A stretch of 64,000 nucleotides of DNA from Mobula hypostoma (taxonomy: Eukaryota). Made by a program: the position numbers and the translations under genes. Shown in pieces: positions 11,725 through 23,825 of the stretch. Under the pieces are notes generated by a model that was not told the DNA's origin, ran no database searches, and saw only the letters and a program-made list of their open reading frames with translations. Location: the NCBI RefSeq assembly GCF_963921235.1, contig NC_086108.1:77626001-77690000 (forward strand), read 5' to 3'. Position 1 is the stretch's first letter, and each line of letters starts with the position of its first letter.

Positions 11725-12240
11725 CTCTCCTTCATATGATTTACCAGTCTATTGTTGCCAGTACAGTCTTCTATGTAGTGACGTGCTGGGGCAATGGCAT
11801 CAACGCGGGTGTCGCCAACAGGCTCAATAAACTGATTAGAAAGTCTGGCTCTGTTATAGGAGTCAAACTGAACACACAAGAGGCTGTGGTAGAACAAAGG
11901 ACCCTACAGAAAATCCTGGCAATTCGGTACAATGTTTCTCACCCTCTGCATGCCACCTTGGCTGAAAAGAGGAGCACTTTTAGTAATTGACTAAGACAAC
12001 TGTACTGCTCCAAAGAGTGTTACATGAGGTCAATCTTACCCTTGGCCATTAGGCTCCATAATGAGTCAACCTATAACCTTGGAAGTGATGACCCTCTCCT
12101 TTTAGACTGTTTGAGGTAACTTATGTTTTATTCTTTCTTACTTCTCTTCTAATATTTGTATATCTGTGCACCTGTAATGCTACTGTGACACTATTTCCTT
12201 TGGGATTAATAAAGTATCCATGTATCTATTTATCTATCAT
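11725..12240 (+). mobile_element. Rex1/Babar LINE 3' fragment (different subfamily)
   Basis: YQSIVASTVFYVVTCWG..RLNKLIRKSGSVIG..SHPLH; AATAAA + (TATC)n-like tail. Confidence 0.85.
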
Positions 12241-12314
12241 TGTACAATTGAAGCCTGAAGAAAGGTGAAACAAAAATCATGATTTCCAGTAATCCACTGA
12301 TAAGATAGCCGATT

Positions 12315-12510
12315 TTTACAGGGCATTGGTCAGACTGCACTTGGACTATCATGAGCAGTTTTGGCCCCTTACCAAAGAAGAGAAGTGCTACCATGGCAGA
12401 GGGTCCAGAGAAGGTTCATGAGAATGATTCTGGGACTGAGTGGTTAACGTATGAAGATCACTTGAAGGCTCTGGGACTGTACTCGTTAGAGTTCAGAAGA
12501 ATGAGGGAGA
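12315..12510 (+). mobile_element. CR1 fragment
   Basis: LTYEDHLKALGLYSLEFRRMR. Confidence 0.7.
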
Positions 12511-14482
12511 ATCTCAAAACCAAGGAGCTGGTTGTGGACTACAGAAGGAATGGAGATAGGCTAACCCTTATTGACACCAAGGGATCTGGGGTTGAGAGGG
12601 TGAGCAGCTTTAAGTTATTCACTGAGAATCTCACGTGGTCTATACGTACTGGCTGTGTGGTGAATAAAGCACAACAGTGCTTCTTTCACCTTAGAAGGTT
12701 GAAGAAGTTTGGTATGGGCTCCAAATTATAGAAACATAGAAACATAGAAAACCTACAGCACAATACAGGCCCTTCGGCCCTCAAAGCTGTGCCAAACATG
12801 TCTTTACCTTAAAACTACCTAGGCTTACCCATAGCCCTCTATTTTTCTAAGCTCCATATACCCATCCAGGAGTGTCTTAAAAGACCCTGTCGTTTCCGCC
12901 TCCACCACTGCTGCTGGCAGCCCATTCCACGCACTCACCACTTTCTGTATAAAAAACATACGCCTGACATCTCCTCTATATCTGCCTCCAAGCACCTTAA
13001 AACTATGCCCTCTCATGCTAGCCATTTCAGCCCTGGGAAAAAGCCTCTGACTATCCACACGATCAATGCCTCTCACTATCTTGCATATCTCTATCAGGTC
13101 ACCTCTCATCCTCCATCACTCCACGGAGAAAAGGCCGAGTTCACTCAACCTATTCTCATAAGGTATGCTCCCCAATCCAGGAAACATCCTTGTAAATCTC
13201 CACTGCACCCTTTCTATGGTTTCCACATCCTTCCTGTAGATGGGGACCAGAACTGAACACAGTTCTCCAAGTGGGGTCTGACCAGGGTCCTATATAACTG
13301 CAATATTACCTCTTGGCTCTTAAACACAATCCCACAATTGATGAAAGCCAATACACCGTATGCCTTCTTAACCACAGAGTCAACCTATGTATCAGCTTTG
13401 AGTGTCCTATGGACTCAGACCCCAACATCCCTCTGATCCTCCACACTGCCAAGAGTCTTACCATTAATACTATATTCTACCATCATATTTGACCTACCAA
13501 AATGAACCACCTCACACTTAGCTGAGTTGAACTTCATCTGCCACTTCTCAGCCCAGTTTTGCATCCTATCAATGTCCCGCTGTAACCTTTGACAGCCTTC
13601 CACACTGTCCACAACACCCCCAACCTCTGTGTCATCAGCAAATTTACTAACCCATCCCTCCACTTCCTCATCCAGGTCATTTATAAAAATCACAAAGAGT
13701 AGGGATCCCAGAACAGATCCCTGAGGTACACCACTGGTCACCGGCCTCCATGCAAAATATGACCCGTCTACAACCACTCTTTGCCTTCTGTGGGCAAGCC
13801 AGTTCTGGATCCACAAAGCAATGTCCCCTTGAATCCCATGCCTCCTTACTTTCTCAATAAGCATTGCATGGGGTACCTTATCAAATGCCTTACTAAAATC
13901 CATATACACTACATCTATGGCTCTAACTTCATCAACGTGTTTAGTCACATCCTCAAAAAATTCAACCAGGCTCGTAAGGCGCAACCTGCCTTTGACAAAG
14001 CCATGCTTTCTGCAGGGGCACAGTTGAGAGCATCCTAACTGGCTGCATCACTGCTTGGTATGAGAACTATACTTCCCTCAATGGTGGTGCAGACAGCCCA
14101 GTGCATCTGTAGATGTGAACCTTCCACTAATCTGGACATTTACAAACACAGGTGTGGAAAAAGGGCCCAAAGGGTTGTTGGGGACCCGAGACACTCCAAC
14201 CATAAACTGTGCCAGCTGCTACCATCCAGGAAACAGTACCACAGCATAAAAGCCAGGACCAACAAGATCTGGGACAGCTTCTTCCACCAGGCCATCAGAC
14301 TGATTAATTCATGTGGATACTATTGTATTTCTATGTTATATTGACTGTCCCGTTGTACATACTATGTATTATAAATTACTATAAATTGCACATTGTACAT
14401 TTAGACGGAGATGTAACGTAAAGATTTTTTCACCTCATATATATGAAGGATGTAAGCAATAAAGTCAATTCAATTCAATTCA
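12511..14482 (+). mobile_element. Rex1/Babar 3' portion, split by a CR1 (12728-14006)
   Basis: KTKELVVDYRR..LRRLKKFGMGSK resumes as FCRGTVESILTGCITAWY..LLPSRKQYHSIKART..SFFHQAIRL; tail (CAATT)n at ~14465-14482. Confidence 0.88.
12728..14006 (-). mobile_element. 5'-truncated CR1 LINE (RT to 3' tail)
   Basis: YMDFSKAFDKVPH, SGVPQGSVLG, KFADD; tail (ATAGAAAC)n on + strand at 12728-12750. Confidence 0.95.
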
Positions 14483-14650
14483 AATATTGAAAGGTGTAGA
14501 TAGAGTGAGTGTGGAAAGGATGCTTGCTATAGTGGGTGAATCTAGGAACAGAGGGCACAAACTCAAAAGAGAAGGATGTCCTTTTAGAACAGAGACGAGG
14601 AGAAATTTCTTTAGCCAGAAGATGGTGAATCTGTGGCATTCGTTGCTAGC
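14483..14650 (+). mobile_element. CR1 fragment
   Basis: KGVDRVSVERML..SRNRGHKLK..RRNFFSQKMVNLW. Confidence 0.8.
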
Positions 14651-14811
14651 TGCTGAAGCTTTGATTATGACTGTGGGACTACAATATGGCATGCATGCAA
14701 CACAATACAACTGTAGGAATACAATCAGAAAATGAAAGTCAGTTGAACTCAGGGGTGGGATTTGTGAAAGGTGGTGACAAGTGATGATTGTTTTGGTTTT
14801 TTGAGCTGGTG

Positions 14812-15005
14812 CTTATTTATTTATTGAGATATTGTGTGGATCAGGCCCTTCCCGCTGTTTGAGCTGTTCTGCTGTGCAACCCCCGATTTAACCCTGTCCT
14901 AATCATGGGACAATTTATAATGACCAATTAACCTATGAACCAGTATGTCTTTGGTCTGTGGGAGGAAACTGGAGGAGAATGCACAAACTTGTTACAGACA
15001 GTGTT
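14812..15005 (-). mobile_element. V-SINE (HE1-like) partial
   Basis: gggacaatttataatgaccaattaacc..tctttggtctgtgggaggaaactgg, antisense of the SINE at 60196. Confidence 0.7.
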
Positions 15006-15199
15006 GGTCCACTCACTGCAGCATTTTACATCAGCGGAGATGGTATAAAAAGTAGAGAGGCTGGGGGCTTGAGGGGGGTCTTCGAGGGTTCACTGAGAGG
15101 CTGGTCATGAACAGCACTGTGGATCGAGTGGAACTTGTGCTGCAGTGAGAGGGGCCTACACACACCTAGATAAGTCTTTTATTGCTTGCAATTCTGTCC

Positions 15200-15655
15200 T
15201 AATCAAGTTTATTGTCATTACATGCAATAACCTTTAAAGGTAAGGATAAAATCTACAGATGAATCATGCATAAATCACAAACTAAAGTACATAAATTAAA
15301 TATTTTAAGCTACAGAATAGATTAACCAGTGACGCTTTGAATGAGATGCAGCAACGAGTTCAGAAGCCTAATGGCCTGATCGAAGAAACTGTTTCCCATC
15401 CTGACCATTCTTATTTTTGTACTTTGGAGTCTCCTGCCTGATGGTAGAAAATCAAAGAGGATGCTGGATGGATGGGTGGGATCCTTAATAATACTAAGGG
15501 CCCTGCCTATGCAGCGCTCCTGATAGAAGTCTCCAATGAATGGTAGGGAGACCCTTATGATCCTCTCAGCTGTTCTCACAACCCTTTGTTGGGACTTCTG
15601 GTCCGATACTTGGCTGCTCCCATACCAGTTGGAGATGCAGCTTGTCAGATGTAGT
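15200..15655 (-). mobile_element. Rex1/Babar 3' fragment
   Basis: RTAERIIRVSLP..IIKDPTHP..LPSGRRL..NSFFDQAIRLLN. Confidence 0.88.
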
Positions 15656-16113
15656 TCTAAGTAGATAACTGGATTTTGTGTCCTTCTGCCTTACCAATCC
15701 AAATCTGAACCTTTTGTTGTAATGTAACAGCCAAGACCCTTCATCAGGGTTTCTCTTTGTCATTTTTAACATATACTCAGTTTCTGTCTTGGGAATAGTA
15801 TATATGATCTTAATCTGTCATTCTCAGAATCACCAGGCAAAGATCGTTAACCCACAGCTAATATTCACCATTTTCGCCAACCTGAACAGAAGGGTACTTT
15901 GAAAGTATAGTATAATCATTGTTATAACGTTAGCAAGAGCCTCTGATTTCTGTCTTGCAGGAATTAACCAGTTCAGCTAGGGACTTAAGATATGACTGTA
16001 GAACTTATCTCATTTGCTATTTTTCTTCTTAATAGGTCTTCATATCCATCTTCTGTAGAAGCCTTCCTGAACTTATCACCAAGGGCAAAGACAAAAGTAT
16101 TCCAGACAATTAC

Positions 16114-16159
16114 CATACAGATACTTGGTTCTGTATGATGAAGGCTGCTCTTTGGACAA
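16114..16159 (-). CDS. Candidate host exon (46 nt, LSKEQPSSYRTKYLY), unverified
   Basis: ttttcattatacag acceptor, G|gtaatt donor, open in phase 0 matching the candidate at 16935-17017. Confidence 0.2.
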
Positions 16160-16934
16160 CTGTATAATGAAAACATCATAACAAGTTTTTTGGATAAATG
16201 ACATCCACATCCATATTATAAATTTGCAGGATGTTAATTAACTTAAAACGAATCTATTCAGTAATGGATTGCCACATGGTCATAGTGCCACATGCATTCT
16301 AAGTGTTGCCTCTTGTAATATGTAATGAATGAATCATGTACCACGTTACCATGAACCATGAACCATGTTATCCCATAGAGCTGCACAGATCAATGTCACT
16401 CCTTCTCTCTGCTTTTTTTTTAGAAAATATGACTTGCATAGCTTTCCAGAATTGAATATCAGGGATGGCCCAATATTGCTTAACAGTAGTCTAATTAATG
16501 TTGCAAAGATCAATTGTTACAACCAGGAATGTCATATTCTGCCCCAACCCACCAGCCCCACGCTCAGTTCTGTAAATTACCTTTCTCATCTTCTGGTCCC
16601 AGATCAAAGTAGATATAATTAAACATACTGAAATACGAGCTTGCTTTATTTGGCAAAATAAAACTTTATCCAAAATGCATGGAATGTGATTTGGGGCATT
16701 GAAATATTAAACACGTGGAAAGCCATGTTACTGCAAGTCATCTGTAAATGCAATTGACGCTACATGGCAAAATCTCAGAGAAAGAGAAAAACAATACTTA
16801 ACTTTCACTGCCTTATATTTGCAGTTAAATACACTTAGTAAATCCTCACGAGATTTTTTAATGGTTTGAAATTTGATTATTCAATCAATTCTCTTGATCT
16901 AATCAAAATAAATACCATGATAGTTAGAGCTTAC

Positions 16935-17017
16935 TTCCTCCATGAGTTTGGCACTGGTTAAAAGAGCTTGTCCCAGATTGGGTGTCATCCTATTGAGCTG
17001 CTTTGTTTTCCCCTGTC
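16935..17017 (-). CDS. Candidate host exon (83 nt, QGKTKQLNRMTPNLGQALLTSAKLMEE), unverified
   Basis: gtaac-tctttctgtattttcaacgtcatctctag acceptor, GAA|gtaagc donor, open in phase 1, non-repeat context. Confidence 0.33.
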
Positions 17018-17174
17018 CTAGAGATGACGTTGAAAATACAGAAAGAGTTACTGATCTCCACAGTTATATATGACAGTCAAGTATAAACACAACAAAAAAA
17101 AACCCAGCATTTTTTTAATTTTAACGGTGGATCTTCATAATAGTGGTGGGAAATCTTGGATTGAGTATGATGTT

Positions 17175-17550
17175 CTCCAAAGGGGTTATTCCTTTAATGG
17201 AAAATGCCTGCACATGACTTTGTTTAACATGGGGACACTGATGGAAGAACAGCAACCAGACAGTCCTTGACGGATGAGCATCAGGGTCCAGTGGCATGGA
17301 ATGCAAGATGACTGGGGACTCCTCACTGTCGCAGCCTTCCTCCGCTTTCACTGCCATTGCGATGTATCATCATCTTCCACCAGCTCCACCACTAAGGTTT
17401 TGGTTGGAACACTCTTTGTATGAAACCTTCTCCTTGACCTTACTTCCATAGGTGACCTTACCAAGAGCAAAGCTCCTGATGGCATTGCTCTTGTGATCTC
17501 AGGAACTCATAAGCTTCTCCACCGTGACAAGGTGACAATCCTCAGAGAAG
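17175..17550 (-). mobile_element. RTE-clade (Rex3/Expander-like) 5'-UTR-derived non-coding repeat
   Basis: Minus strand caccttgtcacggtggagaagctt..ggtaaggtcacctatgg..aaggtcaaggagaagg resembles RTE 5' UTRs; no ORF follows. Confidence 0.6.
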
Positions 17551-18429
17551 TTGTACACATCTACCAGTGTAAAGAAGAACTTGTTAAACAGTAAAATTGA
17601 CTCCATTGTTAGTGAGATATTGAATTTATTGACGTGCCATTCAACCAATATACCAGGGTCTTCTAGCTATTAACTGAAGCCTATATCTTATGGCATTATG
17701 GTCAAACAAAATCATTCTTACTCTTCATAAAATAACAGAAGCAAAGAGTGGAAAACAAACCAACCAAACCGGTACGTTGCTAGCTGCTAACCAATTCAGG
17801 AAGGGACCTCACTGGAATAGAAGCAAGCATCTTCTATACTATACATCCAAAACTAAGGATTATACGAATTATTGATTGATGAGACTTTGGTTCATTCCTA
17901 GCATTCCATGTACTAGGTCTCAGCTACAAAGAGGAAACTTGGGAGGTCACATACTATCTCAAAGGGAGGTGGAGACTCAGACGGTTGTTCATTTTAGGAG
18001 CGTTGATGCCTCCACCATAGATATGGCGCAGTCAACTTCACGACTAAATTCTGAAAGAATGCTTGATGAGCTATGGATATGGTGTGATACAAGAAGACAT
18101 TGGGAGAAGGAAAGTGTAACAGACAGCAGCAGGAATTGAACCCGGATTGCTGATGCTGTAAAGCATTATGCTAACCACTGCAATTGAGAAGTAAATTTGC
18201 GCACAATGCAAGATGAATTTCTACAGATTACAGGACTTGTACTCGAACCAGGTTTCACCCCAGATTTTGCACTCTCTCAAGGTAAATGATATAAATGGGT
18301 CTCCACTGTCATCACACAAGAGGTTCAGTGATTTCTCCAATGGAGGGCAATATAAATCGGGTGGACTAATGCAATGAATTTTAGTTAACATTTTACTTCA
18401 GTGTTATAAAGTCAACAAGAAGAATGGTA

Positions 18430-19975
18430 ACAATTGCTTATGTGCAATAGAGGGATAACTTATTTGGAGGCAGGAACTAATTAGGGATTGTCAACAATGC
18501 TTTGTGCATGGTAGATCATGTCTAAAGAAACACCTAATGAAGTTACCTGGAAAGTTGATGAAGGCAAGGCAGTGGATGTTGTCTTTGTCGACTTTAGCAA
18601 AGCTACTAACAAGGTCTCACATGGGAGGTTAGTCAAGTAGGTTCAGATGCTTGGCATTCAGGATGAGGTAGTAAATTGGATTAGACCATGCCTTCACAGG
18701 AGAGGCCAGAGAGTAGGAGTAGATAGTTGCATCTCTGACTGGAGGTCCATGACTAATGGGGTGTCACAGGGATCGGTGCTGGGTCTGTTGTTTTTTGTCG
18801 TTTACAATATATTAACTATATGGATGACATCAAGATTGGGTGTGTAGTAGACAACAAGGAAGACCATCAAAGCTTGCAGGGTGACATGGATCAGCTGGAA
18901 AAATGAGCTGAAAAATAGCAGAGGGACTTTAACGCAGACAAGTGTGAGGTGTTACTCTTTAGGAGGACAAACCAGAGTGGAACTTACACGGTGAATATTA
19001 GAGCACTGACTTGTGTGGTAGAACAGAGGGATCTGGGAATACTGATTCATAATTCCTTGAAAGTGATGTCGCAAGTCATCAAGAAAATTTCTTTCATTTT
19101 GGCTTTTATAAATCAACGTATAAGGTACAGGATTTGGAATGGCATGTTGAAGTGTATATGATGTAGGTGAGTCCTAATTTTGAATATTGTGTTCAGTTCT
19201 GGCCCCCTATCTACAGGAAAGATGTAAACAAGGTTGAAAGAGTGTAGAAAAAAATTACAAGGATTTTGCCACTACTTGGGGACTTGAGTTATAGGGAAAG
19301 AGTGCATAGGTTTGAACTTTATTCCCTTGGAGCATAGCAGAATGAGAGAAGGCTTGATAGAGGTATTCAAAATTATGAGGGGTACAGGTAGGGTAAATGC
19401 AAGCAGGTCTTTTCCACAGAGGTTGGGTGAGTCTAAAAGTAGAGGTCATAGGTTAAAGGTGAAAGGTGAACCATTTAAGAGGAACATGAGGGAAAGCTTC
19501 TTCACTAGAGGGTGTTCATTGTGTCGAATGAGCTGGCAGTGAAAGTGGTGGATTTGGGTTCGATTTCAACATTTAAGAGAATTTTGGATAGGTACATGGA
19601 TGGAAATTGTATGGAGGGCTATGGTCTAGGTGCAGGTCAATGGGATTAGGCAGATTAATAGTTCAGCACAGACCAAATGGGCTAATGGGCCTGTTTCTGT
19701 GCCACACACATCAAAGTTGCTGGTGAACGCAGCAGGCCAGGCAGCATCTCTTGAAAGAGGTACAGTCGACGTTCCAGGCCGAGACCCTTTGTCAGGACTG
19801 GCGAAGGGTCTAGGCTTGAAACGTCGACTGTACCTCTTCCTAGAGATGCTGCCTGGCCTGCTGCGTTCACCAGCAATTTTGTTGTGTGTTGCTTGAATTT
19901 CCAGCATCTGCAGAATTCCTGTTGTTTGCTGTTTCTATGCTGTTGTGTTCTATGACTCCAGGACTCCATGACTCT
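18430..19975 (+). mobile_element. CR1 LINE (RT to tail), decayed; 3' UTR interrupted at 19703-19928
   Basis: DFSKA..GVSQGSVLG..GLIEVFKIMRG..SRGHRLKVKG; tail ttctatgactc-like repeats at 19948-19975. Confidence 0.9.
19703..19928. mobile_element. Palindromic (head-to-head) Penelope-derived insert with two mutated hammerhead motifs
   Basis: 19704-19795 is the reverse complement of ~19798-19889; 12-bp flanks CTGTTTCTGTGC (19691-19702) and CTGTTTCTATGC (19929-19940). Confidence 0.88.
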
Positions 19976-20077
19976 AATGATACAGAGATGAGAGACAGCA
20001 TGGGGCCCAGTTTTAACTTTCACCACTTGGTGCAATCATGACAATAGTACAGATAAAATGGCATTTCAGAACTACTA

Positions 20078-20285
20078 AGAGAAAGTCTGCAGATGCTGGA
20101 AATCCAAGCAACACACTCCAAGTGCTGGAGCAACTCAGTAGGCCAGGCAGCATCTATGGAAAAGAGTAAACAGTTGACCTTTCGGGAGCTGATGAAGGGT
20201 CTTGTCTGTTAAATGCCAGCTGTTTACTCTTCTTCATTGATGCTGCCTGGCCTGCTGAGTTCCTCCAGCATTTGGTGTGTGTTGC
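20078..20285. mobile_element. Second, more diverged palindromic Penelope-derived unit
   Basis: gcaacacac..ggccaggcagcatctatggaaaagagtaaacag versus ctgtttactcttcttcattgatgctgcctggcc..gtgtgttgc, central ctgatgaagggtct. Confidence 0.8.
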
Positions 20286-20704
20286 ACAGTTACCAGTTTA
20301 TCACTATTTTGAAAGAGGATTATTTGAACTACTGAAATAACTATCCTTTCAGGAAATTATTCCTTTTAATAAGCAAATTATGGTCTTGAGTAGTTGTATC
20401 TTAAGGTATGAACCTGTTAGGTTAAGAATTAGATAAATAATGCATACCAAGAGGAGGAAATAACAAATAGCTGAAAATTTTATTGAAAACTACATATGTT
20501 GGAATTACTCAATAAGTCAGTTAGCATTAGTTAAGTGTATTTCTGAAAATAACCCTCTAGTAGAATATAGGTGAGTAAGGATTCTACCTGCTTCTGCTAT
20601 TTACTGGTGTTGAATAGTTCAATGTATTGTCCAATATTTTCAGAATTTGTTCAAAATACTGTATTGAAGAAACACTGTAATAAACGTACTAAGCAAACAC
20701 TCAC

Positions 20705-20757
20705 TCCACAGGTTTCAATAAGAATGCCATGTGTAGAAGGAAATTACTTGTCCTCTT
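20705..20757 (-). CDS. Candidate host exon (53 nt, KRTSNFLLHMAFLLKPV), unverified
   Basis: ttgactgttttatttcctcag acceptor, GA|gtgagt donor, one open frame. Confidence 0.2.
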
Positions 20758-21634
20758 CTGAGGAAATAAAACAGTCAAACTGGCAAAGTTAAAGCCATGT
20801 ATATAAAAGTACCCTTTGGGGGCAAGCATGTACTTAGAGTAATGAGGCAATATTTGCATGGTTGATGATAACCTTGTATTATATTTTCTATTAAAAAGAT
20901 TAATCAGAGTAGGAGGGTCACACTCTGTTGATCATTCTCAACATTAGGTTTGGTCCTTTGACCGAATGATCGAAATTAGTCTGGTAGGTTTAATATATTT
21001 GAAATTTGATAAGAGAACAACATGGAAGATGTAAACGTCACCCGAGGGAAAAAAAATCACATGATTTATCTATTTTTGTCCCATTAGTATTAATTTTCTC
21101 TCATGCTGTTCGTTTTTTTTTCTATATTGTACTTTCTTTGACACTGATCTTGCAGTAAAGTCAACTGCTGCAGGCAACAAGAGCTTCATAAACATTTTGC
21201 TGCCATTTAAATTCCTTGGTAACCAGCTTTTATTTTAACTCCACCTGCTGCAACACCTACCCCTCCTCCACAAATTCTCAGTCCCCTCAATTGGCTTTAT
21301 CACTTCAATTAGAATGAAATCTGATGGCAAAGGTTATGTTGAATCTTCAACAATTCACACTTTTTCTTTACTTAATAGTCAATACTTCACATCATCAGCT
21401 GCAATCAATTAAATGTCATTTGATGGACACACTCTATCAGAATCTTCATAAACTGTTGAACTTCAGAACCATAGATAACAGTATTTGTATTTATTTTAAC
21501 ACTTAGTGTCAAGAGAAATTTCAAGCAGATCTATTTGCTGACTAATCCAATTTATGCCAAGGAAAGGAGAAGGTTTTGTGTGCATTCATACACAACTTTG
21601 AGATTTACTGTTTTCTCAGGTGCTAGAGAACCTC

Positions 21635-22285
21635 AGAGTCAGTTTTATTATCACTGATATAGGTTATGAAATTTATTCTTTTGCAGCAGCAGTACAGCAT
21701 AAGACATAAAAATACTATAAGTTACAAAGATAAATAAATAGTGCAAAAGACAAAAAAAAGTATTCATGGGCCATTCAAAAATTTGATGGTGGAGGGGAAG
21801 AAGCTGCTCTTAAGAAGTTGAGTGTGGATCTTCAGGCTCCTGTACCTCCTCCCTAATAGTAGTAATGTAAAGAGGACATGGCCCAGATAGTGTGTGTCTT
21901 TAATGATGCCTTCTTCAGCCACTAAATTTTGAAGATGTCATCGATGCAGGGATGGGTTGTGTCTGTAATGGAAGTGGCCCAACCTTCTGCAGCCCCTGGT
22001 GATCCTATGCTTTAGAGGCTACAAACCAGGCTGTAATGCTGCCTATCAGAAAGTCTCCACCATATATTTGTAGAAATTTGCACGGATCTTTTGTGACATA
22101 CCAAAGCTACTCAAACTCCTGGTGAAGTAGAGCCACTGGCATGCCTTCTTCATGATTGCATTATTGTGTTAACCCAGTTAGATCCTTTGAGATGTTGATG
22201 CACAGGAACTTGAAGCTGCTCACCTCTTCCACCATTGCCCCCTCAATGAGGACTGATGCATGTTCTCCCAACTTCCTTTCTACAA
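21635..22285 (-). mobile_element. Rex1/Babar 3' fragment, old
   Basis: Same 3' UTR and LPSGRRY-type region as other Rex1 copies (ttcaggctcctgtacctcctccc). Confidence 0.8.
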
Positions 22286-22874
22286 GTGTTACCTTTGCAA
22301 TTTTCCATTGGTTCTGTAAGGAAAGTTAAAAAAAAATGATGGTGGTAATGGTACAAGTGACACTTCATAACTTGTGGATTATATCTCTACAAGTGGTCAT
22401 CCAAATGCCTTTTAATTTGGAAGAAAGTAGCTGCACATTGATTATCTTCCTAATCTAAGTTTGCCTAATCTAAGTTTAGTTAGAGCTGTGGAGATCCAAG
22501 GGAGTGATTTTGGGTGATCAAATTGGTGTTAATGGATAGAGTGGGGGAAAGGTGAAGTCTGAGGCAAATGCATCATCTATAGACTCTGAGAATAGGGTGA
22601 TCTGAGATGTGAAAAGCAGGACTAGGTATGAGGTTTCTGTCATCTCTTACAATTTCAGGCCTAACATTGGCCTTGGATTCAGTAATGGTGGCTTCAGTAT
22701 TGGTGAGCACTCTCTCTTGCATGGGAATAAAATGCATCTCCCCCTATCTCTGGGTGCTGGAGATGGCCCCTGATAGGGAGAGAGAGTTAATACAGCTACA
22801 TTTATGATGACCATGGATTTGATTTTCTCTCCATGACAGTGGTACCATGAAACCAAGTTTGTTATTTAGGGATA

Positions 22875-22995
22875 TAAGAATGTATCTGGACTCTCTTGCA
22901 GTTACAAACATCCTCTCCATGTCCACTCTGTCAAAGCATTTCAATATTCAGTAGCTTTCAATTAGATTCCCCATTCATTCTTCTAAACTCCATAG
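22875..22995 (-). mobile_element. CR1 fragment
   Basis: RMNGESN..KCFDRVDMERMF remnant. Confidence 0.55.
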
Positions 22996-23505
22996 AAAGG
23001 TGAATTGCTGTCCTCAGTTGCACAGTACTGTGAAAGATGTGCTTTGGTCTACCTGAAACTTGCTGGTCTTTCAATGAAATATCTGGAAGGGAGATTGCCA
23101 ATGGAACATTCCAGGTTGCAGGAGTACATGCTGAGGAGTACGGCTAGCAGGAGCCTGGTGTAAACAAAGAAAAGACCTTGTGGGGAAGTCCTTCTGCCAC
23201 TAGATTTTGAGGAGCTCTTTCAAACACGTGAAGTTTGAGGGCACATGAGTGGCAATGGTGGTCTGTACACACTGTGCCAATGCTACCAGAATACAGAACT
23301 GATAACACAATGAATGTATAAAATGAACTACATTATGAATGTAAATAAAACCTTGCACCTTTTTGTACGTAATGTATATATTTCAGGAATAAAGAGCATA
23401 GGGCAAATACAGGCACAGATCAAAACATAGTTTCAGTCACATATACAGGCAGAAAGTTAGGACAGGCACGGACAGACAAAACAGAGACAATGATAGGACA
23501 GGGCT

Positions 23506-23530
23506 GCACACACACACACACACACACACA
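23506..23530. repeat. (CA)n microsatellite
   Basis: Directly visible. Confidence 0.9.
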
Positions 23531-23604
23531 AAACAATGGCACAATGATAGGCCAAGCACAGAAACACACTTGTACACTAAGGTATGACAGGAATAGGTAT
23601 TAAT

Positions 23605-23820
23605 ACCTATTTAAAGATACATTGCAGAACAGACCGCACTGTCCAGCAAATCACCTATTTAACCCTAGCCTAATCACAGAACAATTTACAATGACCAATT
23701 AACCGACTAACTTATATATCTTTGGACTGCAGGAAGAAATAGGATCACTCAGCTGAGGGGAGGACATACCAATTCCTTTCAGAGGATACCAGAATTGAAC
23801 TTCAAATTCTGATATCCCAA
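23605..23820 (-). mobile_element. V-SINE partial
   Basis: ttaaccctagcctaatcacagaacaatttacaatgaccaattaacc..tctttggactg. Confidence 0.65.
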
Positions 23821-23825
23821 ACTAT

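Noticed and set aside
12351..12731. Chimeric CR1-Rex1 ORF as a novel fusion protein
   Set aside because: Chance in-frame junction of nested fragments, with no evidence of expression
15828..16110. Plus-strand exon-like segments (also near 21155, 26705, 60885, 62713)
   Set aside because: Weak donors or in-frame stops, no consistent phase chain, no recognisable protein
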